A stretch of 60,081 nt of DNA, the filler included, from Dirinaria sp. TL-2023a (lineage: Eukaryota), in the NCBI GenBank assembly GCA_051941275.1. It is 2 parts of 2 records of this genome, joined end to end, with 100 filler letters (N's around TTAATTAATTAA, not from the genome) between each part and the next. Parts side by side here need not be neighbours in the genome. Positions count along the whole stretch, not along the records: positions 1 to 29,991 come from JAVEBF010000107.1; positions 30,092 to 60,081 come from JAVEBF010000108.1. One strand, written 5' to 3'. The first letter of the stretch is position 1, and every line of letters starts with the position of its first letter. Below the pieces are notes generated by a model. The model saw only the letters and a program-made list of their open reading frames with translations, was not told the origin of the DNA and did no database searches. This document shows, piece after piece, positions 25,921-38,040 of the stretch. The translations under genes and the position numbers were made by a program.

Positions 25921-26463
25921 ACCTATTGCAATGTCGTCAATAGGGCCAAGTATCCTTATTTACTGTATCATATTTTCGACTTCTAACCTGGACGTTCCTC
26001 GACTTTCTCTTCCGCGAAGAGAGTTATCGTTATATCATTTATTATCGACATCAACGTCTGCGAAACAGTCGAGACGCTTCTCAACACGTCTTATTTATAG
26101 CAGCAATATCTCATCACGTTATCTTATGTACGATAAAATCATCACGACGAGACAGAAGTTGAAGAATACGCTAAAATACTCGCCCTCTTTCCGGTTCGAC
26201 CATCACACGAGAACAACATCTCTTGAAATTGATCTACAGATATACACTATTATTCGAGAGCAGACATGTCCTCTCAACTCGTTGAAATCGAGATATATCG
26301 AGTATGTGATGGTTTAGGCGACACGAATGCGGATTTCAAGAAGCCTCTTCAATTGAATGTGCAGACGAAAATTTGACGGAGCTTTGAGTGAAGAGCCTTT
26401 TGAAACAGATGATATTGACTGGTACGGAGAGCGGTAGAGGGTGTTATTTTCGACCTATCCTAA
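25921..26463 (+). pseudogene. Point-mutation-degraded (RIP-like) gene relic
   Basis: One frame stays protein-like for about 180 codons, with 7 TGA plus TAA/TAG stops and no frameshift; GG/CC-poor. Confidence 0.55.
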
Positions 26464-27110
26464 GGGGCGTATATATAGTTGTTTACGTTCTGTATATAAG
26501 GCCACGCCCCTCTTCTATGGCCTAGCTAGCTTACCATAGTTCTAGGCCTAAATACTAAATGGTGCCATTTGCCGATAATAAAAGGAGCTTAGTGCAGCAC
26601 GAAGAACATGGATTCTCGCGTAGGGATGTTTTTAAAGAAGGGGTGTTGGATCGAGTATGAATAATAAAACAAAAGGGAAGAAAAGACAGGTAGGTACATT
26701 TTGGTTGGAGTGTGGGGACGAGGATACATAGCCTGACAGAGAAAGGCTCGTATGCTCGGTCTGAACACGAGGTTACAGGGCTCGATATTGTGGAGGCTGG
26801 GTGTGAATAATTGTCGCAATACTAATTCTGCTGCTGGGTGGCTTGAATAGCGAGAAGTCACAGGCGGTCACGGGCATCCTCGACAGCTGTTGCTCTTTGT
26901 TGAAGTACAACGATCGAATTAGATTAGTGTGGATAGTAAGGGCCTGTTAGAGAATAGCTGTCCCCGTTCACTGTATTCTTTATTCACCCACTTCTGCTTT
27001 CTTGAGCGCTCGTTGTTGTGTCATGCTCCTCCTATCTCATCAGAGTTTCGTATAGAGTCTCGCATGACAGTCCTTCGTGGAGAGAGAAGAGGGGGTTGGG
27101 CGAACAACCG

Positions 27111-27378
27111 TTGCCTCCGAACAAAGAACGTCGTGTTGTGACAGAAGCTGGAATCTTTGCGCAGCTCGGGCTTTTCTTGCATTTTTTTCTGGCGGCCTGT
27201 ATCCTGCATGTTTCGTAAGCACTACTGATAATGACAAGCTGAACAATCTGTACCTCCGAGCAAAGAACCTCGTATTATGACAGAAACTGGAATCTTGCGC
27301 AGCGCGGACTTTTCTTGCATTTTTCCTGGCAGCGTATATCCTGCATGTTTCGTAAGTACTACTGAAATGACAAGTTGC
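27111..27378. repeat. Imperfect tandem duplication, unit about 138 bp (2 copies plus start of a third)
   Basis: cctccga.caaagaac..tgacagaa.ctggaatct..ttttcttgcatttt..atcctgcatgtttcgtaag.actactga.aatgacaag occurs twice. Confidence 0.85.
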
Positions 27379-27488
27379 CTTCGACTAACCAAAAGAACCA
27401 ATCGTTGGCCATTCGTATTTTTACCATATCAAATGAGGAGGATAGGCAAAGAGGTCCTGAGGATTTGTTTCGAAGTCTTCCGGAGGTG

Positions 27489-27815
27489 TTAAGCCCCCGA
27501 ACGCGTACTCTGGCTATTTTCCTGCACTCCAGCCGAATCAGGACGAGGTGTATCATCAGGACGATCGAGTGTGTCCAGGAGATAAATAAGACAATCAATG
27601 CAATCTATGGTGTAATGCCGGCAGTTGTTACACCAGACTATCGGTTCGGCACCCCGAGCGTGGCATTGGCAGCAAATTATCTCTTCTGAATGATCGTGAT
27701 CGGCATGATCGTACGTAAAACAATCGACGCAGTTGATAGTGTAATGTCTGCAGTCCTTGCACCAGACTACCGCCTCTGAATTCTCAGCACTACACTTGCA
27801 GCAGGACCAAGCCAT
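27489..27815 (-). CDS. Small Cys/His-rich protein with two putative Zn-binding repeats
   Basis: Two copies of CCxC-x8-VW-CxxCRHYTIxCxxC in a 108-aa ORF. Confidence 0.55.
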   Translation of the reverse strand: MAWSCCKCSAENSEAVVWCKDCRHYTINCVDCFTYDHADHDHSEEIICCQCHARGAEPIVWCNNCRHYTIDCIDCLIYLLDTLDRPDDTPRPDSAGVQENSQSTRSGA

Positions 27816-28577
27816 ATATTTCGTAGGACGTCACCAGCGCCTGACTGGAACTTGCGCGGATTTGTAGTGTCGATGTCGTCCGCGAATGAATGATCGTACT
27901 TTTCAAAGTACCAAAGGCTTAAGATGATTCACTCGTTATCTGATGCGCGCATTGTGCAAGAATTACATCAAGTAACAAAGACTAGGCGCCGGGGTTGGAA
28001 TATACGGTCTTTGTTCTTCTCGGTTTCCAATGCGGAAATCGGATTTCTGTTCCTCGACAGGCGCTCGACCTAGGTCTTCAATCTAAGATTCCGGATTCGG
28101 CAGTCACGCAATGCAGAAACAACGATGCGCTGGTTTCTATAGAAAACGCTACCGGAGGCCAGCACGGTCACCAGTCTCGCAGATTATAATGGGGAACACC
28201 TTGCATCGTCTAAGAGAGCCAACAAGTCGTTTATGGAAAGGTAGCTGGAAAGGCTGCTGGTACCATGGATAACTTCTCAATTGGCGGGAAATTTGATTGG
28301 CGTTGAAGCTTCGTGGCAAAAAGGCAGCTGAAAAAGATGCTCGTACCATGGACAGCTCCTCAACTGGTGGAAAAAAATCTAGACGTTGAAGCTTCGTGAG
28401 TGCTGTGCGAAGCCTCGGCTTGTAACATTAAGCGCACCGAGTTGAGCGTTCATCTGAGCTTCTTAGCTTGTCGTCGATGTACATAATTGCGAAATGATTG
28501 CAAACACAGTAGCTCTATAAAGGTGTTGTTGTGGCGGGCTCCACGCTATAAGCGGGTGGCTTCTCGTATGGCATAAT

Positions 28578-29420
28578 CTAGCCCTCGTCACCACCCATCT
28601 TAGCATGTTTGAAATATTTCATACCCACCCATGCCACAACCACCCAAACCCAGGCCATGACCCCGGTCAAGATGATCAAGCATGGATAGTAGCCCACAAT
28701 CGGCAGAGTTGGATCATCCTCAAGCTCTGGTGGCGCATAAGGGGTCTCTCCAACATCCCATGCCCAGCTCCAGACCTCGAAGCAAGATCCCATACCAACG
28801 ACAAACACGATCCATGTCACAAAGAGAATGAACCAGCCCCAATAGGCTGTCTCTGCGTAAGAGTGCTCAGAAGGCGTCGGCAGGGGAAAAGACGGAGGGA
28901 GAGATGCAAGTGGCGAGCGTGATGCAGACTTCGCAGGGCGAGGCAGTGGCGAACGAGAATGGCGCGGAGACACTGGAGGAAAATAGCTATCTGCAGCTGA
29001 TGGGCTTTTCGGAAAGGATGTGCCTGGGGGCTGCATGGCTGGCGGTTGAGAAGGAAGGGTTAGAGGATCTTCTTCGTCAGTCGTTGGTGGTGAGCTTGGC
29101 TCAGGACTTCGAGACACAGTCTTCAATGCGATTCTGTCGCCGTTACTTGTGGGAAAGGGACTGTCGTGAGGAGTGCGAGAAGATCGAACAGGCGAAGCCG
29201 GAGATGGCGGGGTGTTGTGTATGACGGGTTGGGAACCTTTACCAATTCCAAGCAGTGCAGTCTTTCGCAGCGATCCTTTTCGCTTCCGAGTCCTGGCCTG
29301 ATGAACAATGGCTGCCATTGCACCCCCGGCCTTGCCTTTGACGTGTTTCGAATTCTCTTGGGATCCATACTTGAGATCTGCACTACTCGCGCTGTTGCCA
29401 CTACTGTAGCCTTTCTCCAT
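28578..29420 (-). CDS. PIG-Y/Eri1-like GPI-GlcNAc transferase subunit with disordered N-terminus
   Basis: Two C-terminal hydrophobic helices YWGWFILFVTWIVFVVGMGS...YYPCLIILT..WVWVVVAWVGMKYFKHA. Confidence 0.7.
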   Translation of the reverse strand: MEKGYSSGNSASSADLKYGSQENSKHVKGKAGGAMAAIVHQARTRKRKGSLRKTALLGIGKGSQPVIHNTPPSPASPVRSSRTPHDSPFPTSNGDRIALKTVSRSPEPSSPPTTDEEDPLTLPSQPPAMQPPGTSFPKSPSAADSYFPPVSPRHSRSPLPRPAKSASRSPLASLPPSFPLPTPSEHSYAETAYWGWFILFVTWIVFVVGMGSCFEVWSWAWDVGETPYAPPELEDDPTLPIVGYYPCLIILTGVMAWVWVVVAWVGMKYFKHAKMGGDEG

Positions 29421-29991
29421 GGCGACTGTGGTATCGCAATATCTATCTTATTTCAATTTTGTAGGATAGGTGAGACCATAGATTTGGTCTATCCATCTTG
29501 CTCTCACTAACCCACACCGCCGTTGAGGTTGACTATGACTATTCAGCATCAAGTCCGGGGCGAGGCAATAGCATCAAACAGGCTTCTTTTCAGTCTCTTC
29601 AGAGACATTGACGACTCGGTGATGTGCTCAGAGCGCCTGATTCATGAAGTAAGATATAATAAGCAGAGATGGAGTATTCAAAGGTGCCCGGTAAGGACTG
29701 TAGAGCCGAAAGTAGCTTAGCGCCTCAGTCAAAGGCCGCGTGCAGGGCTTGCAGGGGTAAGGTAATCTTACCGTACATTACCTGGTTTACTTCACTAGCG
29801 CTGTACTTTACCTACTCGAGTTGACGAGTTGACGAGTTGACGAAAAGGGAGCTCCGCATACAACAAGAAGCTTCTGATGAGCGCCGAATGATGTTGACAC
29901 ACTGTCCTCAACACACCCTACAAGGCGTACTTTATCATCATCTGTTGACCCAGATCCCCGTTCCTCTTCTCAAATGATGTACCCTTGAACT

Positions 29992-30091
29992 NNNNNNNNN
30001 NNNNNNNNNNNNNNNNNNNNNNNNNNNNNNNNNNNTTAATTAATTAANNNNNNNNNNNNNNNNNNNNNNNNNNNNNNNNNNNNNNNNNNNN
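29992..30091. other. Artificial contig-joining spacer
   Basis: Exactly N44 + TTAATTAATTAA (stops in all six frames) + N44 = 100 bp. Confidence 0.95.
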
Positions 30092-30206
30092 GTCCCACCC
30101 ACATCTATAAAGGATAACAATTAACGTTAATCCTGTTTGATCCGAATTCTCCATGTTCCTATCACCTGCGAAGATCTATCATAGGATGGTGGTCTTGTAC
30201 CACCTT

Positions 30207-33200
30207 TTATCTTCCAACAACACGCTCGATCAATTTCCCGACCTGCTGAACATGATCCTTTTGCTGTTTTAAAACCGTTAGCTTTTTGTATTTCTTGCAG
30301 AATAAAGGGAAGAGTGGAAACTCACCATCATCGTAAAATGATTCGCGCCAATCGCTCGATCGAGCACAAACTCCGCCCCAGGGAGGACACTTTCCCACCC
30401 ATCCGGTCCAAACTCCACCCTCTTCCGCGTCATGAAATGTGTCTTCTTGATCTTCGGCGCATCTTTCTCGTCCATGACCGTGTTGCACGCCCACAGGATG
30501 CCCACCTTCGGCATGCGCGACGTTTGGAGCGGCGTCGCTTTATACGGCAACATGACATCGACGGTGCGTGTGAAATGCGGGATCAGATAGTCCGGGGGCG
30601 CGGCTTCGCCAAAGAGGCCGATCTGGCCACAGAACTCGTAGAACTCGACCGGAAGGCGCTCCATGACTTGCGGAAGCGGAGAGTCGACGATGATCAAGCT
30701 GTGGACTTCTTCTCCCTTTTTGATGAGGCTTTCCGCGCAGGCGAAGGCGAATGCCCCGCCCGAGGACCACCCGCCGAGGTGATAGGGCCCGGAGGGTTGG
30801 CGCCGGATGATTTCGGAGACGTAGCTGTTGATTAGGCTGGATGGGGTGCAGTTCATGTTCTCGGGCTCGCGCACATAGGGGCTGTTGAGGCCAACGACGG
30901 CTATATTACCCTTCAGGCGTGGTACTTGCACGTAGGACGATGCGGATCCGCTGCCGTCAGGAAGGAGGAACACAGTCTTCGCAGCGGTTTTGGGAACTCC
31001 CTGAAGGATCACAGAGGTCGCTGACTTGCATTCGTCGGTTGGTTTGTCGGCCTCAATATCGCTCTCCTCGGGAGTGGTAAGATCGGGCGACGATCCTTCA
31101 TTGTAGTCTGAAGACTCTTCGGAGCTTGCACCCTTGCTGCCGGCAAGGAATATCTTCAGGTCTTTGACTGTGGGACAGTTGACGAATATTGAGAAGTCGG
31201 CGTCTAGATCAAGGCCAAGTTCTTCCCTGAACCGACTACCGATTACCATAGATAAGAGAGAGTCCACTCCGACATCAGCGAAATTGCTGTCGTCGCTCAG
31301 ATCGTCAACAGCGATTCCACTCTCGTCAGAGATGATGGCTAATGCACCAGAAATAAGTGAACTGTCCGGAAGAGCCGATGGAACGGCATCCTTCTTAGGT
31401 GGAGCTGACTCGACGACGACCACTTCGGAAAGTTCTTCCGCAGGTTCAGCTTCTGAGCGTGAGCAGAATTCGCTTGGCTCTGCAGCTGGCACAACGTTAC
31501 CGCTTTCTTCCGAGTTTATCGTTACGGTAGCGAGGCCCGTCGCCGCTTCAGCAGCCGCAGATGTGGTGTCATCCTCAACCGGCGCTGTTGTTCCCTCATT
31601 AGTAGAGACTAGATCAGCTGGGATCTCCTCGACGGCCTCGTCATCCTCAAATTCGTGTACAGTGTCGCCAAGCAAGTTTGCTAGGAAACTCTTGAGCTGC
31701 TTCACAGTAGGACAGTCAACAAAGATTTTGAAGTCGGCTTCGAGCTCGAGGTCAAGCTCTTCACGGAACCTGCTTCCGATAACCATGGACAGCAGAGAAT
31801 CCACACCGATATCCGCGAAAGCACTTTCGTCTGTCAGTTCTGCAATTGAAACACCGCTTTCTTCTGAAATTATTTCCAGAGCCTCTGTGATCTTCTTATT
31901 TTCAACCACCTTCTTGACTGCCGGTTTTGCGGCCTTAATCCGTTGAGTTGGTACCGGTTTCCGTACGGCAACCTTTGGTTCCTGTGGTGTAGGCTTTGGT
32001 GCGGAATATTTGGGCTTCGCTGCCGTAGAGGGCGTTTGCACAGCAGGGGCTTTCATTGCTGTTGGCTCTCTGTTGGTTTCTGATGTTTTCTTGACAGGGG
32101 ACGCGGCCTTGGTGGTCGGTACTCTACTTGCAGGTTGCGTAGACTTTGGAGGGGCAGCTGCTGGTGCCTTGCTTGGAGGTTGTGTAGCCTTGGGAGAGGC
32201 AGCTACGGGTGCCTTGTTTGCGGGCTGTGTAGCCTTTTGAGGAGCACCAGCCTTGTCTTTGTTGACAAATGCTGACATCACAAGCCGGTGAGTTTTACGA
32301 TCAACCCGACGAACCTGGAATTTTATGAGTTATGGTATAAAGTCTGGCTGGGGATGAACTTACAGTAACGCCCTTGAAATATACTATTGGCCTGCTCCCG
32401 TCAAGGACGATAGTATCTCCATGGTAGAACTCGGGCGACTCTGATGTCATCTTAACATATATATCGTATTTCCTGTCGGTCTTCATCTCTTCATAGACCT
32501 GTAATGATTCCCAACCATGGCTGATAAAGACCTCCACATTGAGATCGGTCGTTTCCTTGGCATTTACGGCAAATCCACCAACTTGTGTTATGCCATCGAT
32601 ATATGCCGGGTGGGCTGCAAAGTTCCCGCCGGGCTTTACTGTAGAGAAATCCATGGTACAGCATGCCTCCAGGGTTTCCTCATCAAGGATCGCCTCGTCA
32701 AGAAGCTTGTAATCTGGATGGAATTGGGCAACGGTGCTCATGAGCTTATAACCACTATTCTTGGTATACTTGAGGAGCTCCCCAGTCATGACACCGTCGT
32801 TCAATCGTTTGATCTTCGAAGCGTAATGGGGAATATTGTTTTCAAGTTCTTTAAGCTGCGTATTGTCCCGGAAGTATATTGTGCACCATGCGTGCTTGGC
32901 AGTCATCAATCCTTTTGCCTACACAATGTCAGCCTAAGAACTTATGAGTCGTCTAGATATACTCACGTTGACGCTATAGAACTCGCACTTGGCAGATCTT
33001 TCAGCATTGGAGGCCATAAGCAGCTCCACGGATGTTCGCACTGGTTGCGGCCCTTTGAAATGAGGAATCAAAACCTTCTCAGCAACCATCTTGCAAACGT
33101 CCAGAATTATAGACTCGTTGGGGAAGAATCGCTTCACAAGGTACTCCCCAAGAACGAAAGCCATATCAGCAAAGACTGAAGGTGTGCAAAACGGAATATT

Positions 33201-36200
33201 GTTGACAACATGGCCTTGAGCAACACGGCTTGCATCCGGCCTTGTCAGGTCTGTTTCGTAGACGAGGGTTGCACTTGAGTCTTGGACTTCTTCTTCAATA
33301 AGCTTGTGGACCGTTGAGGTTTCTGGCTTCGGTACAGATACTGGTTGAGTGGTTGCCTGCTTCTGGACCATCTCCTGACCTCTCTTTTCCATCGTCGGTG
33401 CCCTTTTCGGCGCTACCGGCTTCGGCATAATTGGCCGCAGCGAAGGAGTGACTGGCCTTGGCTTATTTTTAGGGATATCCCACGAATAATCGTTTCCACC
33501 TGGTTTTCCGTAAGGTTTGTACAGGCACCAATCACCTTCGTACGCGATATGGTACTCTTTCAAGTCCCAACCGTAAGCGGGTAATTCAAGCACCCTGTGG
33601 GCAGCTTTGAATGGTGCGTGATACTGGACCCAATTGATGTCCTGACCGTTATTGTACAGAATCTGCAACGCCGCAGTGATGTTCTGCCAGACATTCTTGC
33701 GACGTTGTATGATAGGCAGGGTCGCCATTTGAGGCCCGAGAGTCGCCTTGACCATACCACAAACCACTGGTTGCGGTCCCATTTCCAAAGTAAAGGTCTT
33801 GTCGTTGATCACCTGTGCCTTGTATGCGGCTTCAAGGGCTCCGGCCATGTCCACGGTCTCACGGCAATGCCGGGCCAAGTAAGTGGAGCTGAAGATGTCT
33901 CCATCTTTGACTGTGTCCCCGAGAAGGGGGCACAACACAGGGATAGAAGGCTTGCGGAATGTAATTCCAGCAGCAGCATTTTCGAATGACTGCAGAATCG
34001 GCTGCACCTGCGCGGAATGGAAGGCAAACGGGACCTTCAATAGGATAGATTTAAGCCCGCTCGTAGCAATTTGAGTCTTCGCGGCTTCGATTTGCTCATT
34101 GTCGCCACTGATGACAGTGTCTTCCGGGCCATTGACACAAGCTGTCTCATAAACCACCCCTGTAAGCATTCTCGCAATATCGGCCTGGGAGGCCTTAATG
34201 GCTAGCATTGAGTGAGTACCACGCTCGCAACCCTCCTGGAGAAGCTCTGCACGCTTGCCCACAAGGAAAAGGGTGTCAGATATTGTCAGGACACCTGCGG
34301 TATTCAAGGCCGCATACTCTCCAAGGCTATGGCCGGCCACTGCGCTTGGCTCTATTCCAAAAGCTTTGATGAGCCTAGCCAATGCAATCTGTAGAGATGT
34401 CGTGGCAAGCTGAACAATTATAGGAGGGTTCGAATCTATGTCGCCGTCTTCGGTCATTAAAACATGAAGGAACGAGGGGAAACCCAGGGTCCGAACCAGG
34501 TTATCGAACTGCTGTAGATCGGATGCAAAACTGGGAAATACATCAAAAAGCGCTTTGCCCATACCCATAAATTGCGAACCCTGACCAGTGAATGTAAACA
34601 GCATCTTTGGCTTGTTTTTAGCCCTGGTTGTGCCATCGCCTCGAGTGAGAGCTTCTTGGAGCTTTTGCTTGATTTCAGCTATAGTTGAACCAGTGACACC
34701 GACACGAAATAGTCGATGTGCGCGGCGTGCCGTCGTAGTCCAAGAAAGCTGGGGCAGTGATAGACCATGTGACTCTTCCTGCTCAATATAGTCGATCAAA
34801 CGTTCAAGGTTCAATTTCAGCGAGGGCACAACATGTCCACTAACGGCAACGACGTGATTGGTGCGCGGGTCGCATTCTTCGCTAGGTCGACTAATGGGTG
34901 CATCCTCTAGTAGAAGGGCTGTGTTGCCGCCAGCAGCACTGAAGTTATTGATAAGAACTCTGCGAGGTTCTGCTCCGCGCTTCCATGGAATGGGCTGAGA
35001 GGCGATATGGACGTTGCGTGCACCCAGATCAGGGTAGTTGTGGTTAATTTTGCTGCCAGGCTTGATACCGCAATGAGGGGGGATTGTGTCATTCTTCATC
35101 ATGAGAAGGACTTTAGCAAGCGAGGTCATTCCAGATACACCTTCTCCATGGCCAATGTTTGCCTTCGCAGACCCGACGTACAGAGGTATGTCCGGTCCGC
35201 GGAAAGACTCATGAGGAGCAAAGATGCTGAGTACAGACTCCATCTCAACAGCATCGCCAACTTGTGTGCCTGTGCCGTGCATTTCAATGTAGTTCAAGAG
35301 TTTCGGGTCGATACTAGCCTCATTCAAGACGGCGTTCATGTTGTCGATCTGGGCGCCAACATGTGGTCTAGTCATTGAGTCTGACATAGCAGAATGATTC
35401 GTCTTAGTATCCAGAATAACGGCGAGAATCGGATCATTTTCAGCGAGCGCATCATCGAGACGCTTGATGAAAACCGTGCCAACGCCTTCAGCACGACAAT
35501 ATCCATCGGCTTTGTCGTCGAACGTCTTGCAATTTCCGGTACTAGACAGGAAGAACCCTTTATCAAGACCAGTATGACCATCAGGATTGTAGATCATATT
35601 TGTTCCACCAGCAATAGCAGTATCGCAGTCGCCCCTCCAGAGCGAATTGCAGGCTAGGTGGATAGCAGCTAGGCTGGAAGAACAAGCGGTGTCATTGGTA
35701 AAACTCGGCCCACAAAATTCGAAGCAAAAATTGATGCGACCGGGTATAAACCCCCGATTGCCTCCAGTGATGAAGTAAGTATCGATATCTTGCCCGCTGT
35801 TGCATTCTAGGTAATCGTTGCTGGTACAGCCATGGAAAACCCCAACACGGTCATTCTGGGTTGAGGGTGTTGAGTTAGAGACTATACCGGCTTGTTCCAT
35901 CGCTTCAACAGTAGACATCAGTGCCATTCTTTGGGCAGGATCCATTTGCGGCGCCTCCTTTGGAGAAATATTGAAGTAGCGCGGGTCGAATTGATCCGCA
36001 AAATCAAGCCAACAGCCCCATTTTGTTATGCCCTTGTTGCGAACTTTACCGGTCAGGTCAGTATGTGTCTCCCAATCCCATCTTTTCTTAGGGACTTCTT
36101 TACACACGTCGAGACCTTGGTGGAGAAGGTCCCAGAATGCTTGAGGACTTTGTGCCTCGGGAAATCTGCCCGACATGCCTACAATCGCAAGCTTTGATTT

Positions 36201-37413
36201 GCCTGCCGAAGTCGATTGAGATAGTGGAGGGTCTGAAACACTGATCTTTTCAATCTCCACGGAGGCAACTTCATTTAGACCGGAAGACATGCTTTGCTCA
36301 AGGTTCGTTGCAATAGGTGTGAGCACAATCGACTCTACGCCTTTCGACCGCATCAGATCAGGGAAGCTCTCGAGTACCCTATCCCATCGAATTGGTTCCA
36401 GAAGGCACTCGCAAAGGGCTCGCTCTAGAAGTGCGACAAATCCGCCGGCCCAAGCAGTCTTGCCAGTTGCTCCAGAAATTACAGGAAGTTTAGCCGTGAA
36501 GCCAGACCAATTGGGAACCGAAGTCGTCTGCAGAATTACTTCCACATCATGAGTCGTGAATAAGTGAGACGTGTGAGAAGGTAGGAAAATTGGAATATTT
36601 CTAGATTTGTACTTCGAAAGAGGGCTCTCGTGCCTAAGCTTTCGCAGCACGGACGGAGGGGCGCTTATTGTTGTGGCTTTTCCAGCCGTTGCTCCTATCC
36701 AGGGGCGAGACGTGTTTGGAAGAGCCTATTTTGATCAGCAAGCAGTTTCGACTTTAAAATCAGAGATGAAGTGAGCACACCTGGGAGCTGCTAAAATCTT
36801 CTATTGCAGCAGCTGCGGCGGATTCATCGACACCGAAGAACACGGCCGACCACTCGTGTCCAGCAGATCCGACTTCAGGTAGCTGTATGCGGTCCCGAAG
36901 ATCTACAGCATGAAGGCCAAGACGTAACGCAACTTGCACTGTGTGAATGGCTGCGGGAAGTAACTCTGATAGGGAACCGGAAGAACTGATGGCTGCTGCT
37001 GCGAGAGCGCCTGTGCAAAGCCCAACAAGGTAGGTCTGGCCTGGTCTCGGGTATTGTTTCCCAACTTCCTCATAGTGACTATAGCAATAAGTTACCGATG
37101 CATAACTACGAGCATTGTGAGCCTACCTAATGAAATTTCCCAACTGACTGACTGAGTGCAGAGCAACTTGGAAAGCCGCGCTTAACGATCCGTCACAATA
37201 CTTCTGCAACAAATTGGCCAGAGTAGAAGTTCTGTACTTTTTTTGTTCTTCTGCCGGCAGCCATAGGTTCATCTGAGCGCGTATAACAAAATGGGACTGC
37301 TCCAGAAAAGCGTTAAGAATAGGCTTGTTTCTGGTTCGCAGAAGCTGGCGGAGATCCGGAACGAAGTCATAAGTCTGGTCTCCAAAGAGGAAGATGTGCA
37401 TTTCTTGGCTCAT
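30207..37413 (-). CDS. pksA: Non-reducing PKS SAT-KS-MAT-PT-ACP-ACP-TE/CLC, norsolorinic-acid-synthase (PksA/AflC/StcA)-like
   Basis: SAT GLCTG; KS DTACSSS, HGTGT, GHGEG in PksA-like context (YFITGGNRGFIPGRINFCFEF, SMTRPHVGAQIDNM); MAT GHSLG; PT GH and YIDG dyad; two GVDSL ACPs; TE GWSSG and GANHFTMM|QKDHV. Confidence 0.9.
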
Positions 37414-38029
37414 CTTGAATGAGATAATGGCAGGAATTGGGAAGGGAAAGCTGTATTCAGGTTCTATGAGATCTACCTCAAGTATGAACTGGATAATTCA
37501 AAGAGAGATTGGTAGAACATCAAGCAAAGACACGAGAACCAGCTCTAGGTAGATTCCGCATAGGGTCATTGAACGATAAAAAGATAAGGAAGATTTATCT
37601 TCCAATGCAGGCTTTGAGATGATGATACAAAGAGCGAGCTTGCACCTTACATGAGCTTTTCTCTACAGCTTTTGATATCAGTAATCCGTTTCGGAGAGCA
37701 AGTGCCACTCCGTCAGGAGTCAGCCACAATTTGACGATCAGCACGCATAGCTAAAGATCTAATGTGTCAGCGTTACCGCTGACCGTAAAGGATACAACGC
37801 CAGGGTCGGTATGCCAGTATGTTGGGAGGACATGGATCTGGCCCTCTCCTGCGTATATCTTGCAGGTCCGAAACGGTCTCCGGAGCTCGTCATACTACGC
37901 TCCTACACTGTGGGAGATGCAGGGATTATGAGGCTGAAATGGCGCCGAACGTGATGTTTCGGATTTGGCCGATCTGCAACGACAGAATACGATCTTGGTA
38001 TTGGGATTATACTTTTTGAGGCTCTCTTT

Positions 38030-38040
38030 TCGGACTCCGA
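38030..38040. promoter_or_regulatory. AflR-type Zn2Cys6 binding site upstream of the PKS
   Basis: TCGGACTCCGA fits TCGSWNNSCGR; about 620 bp from the PKS ATG. Confidence 0.7.

Noticed and set aside
29818..29843. Short tandem repeats (GAGTTGAC x3; also CCAGAGTCTG x2 at 17741)
   Set aside because: Simple slippage repeats without spacers; not CRISPR-like
31134..31946. Long antisense ORFs over the PKS, FAS, DAK and kinase genes
   Set aside because: Shadow frames of the real genes with no recognisable motifs
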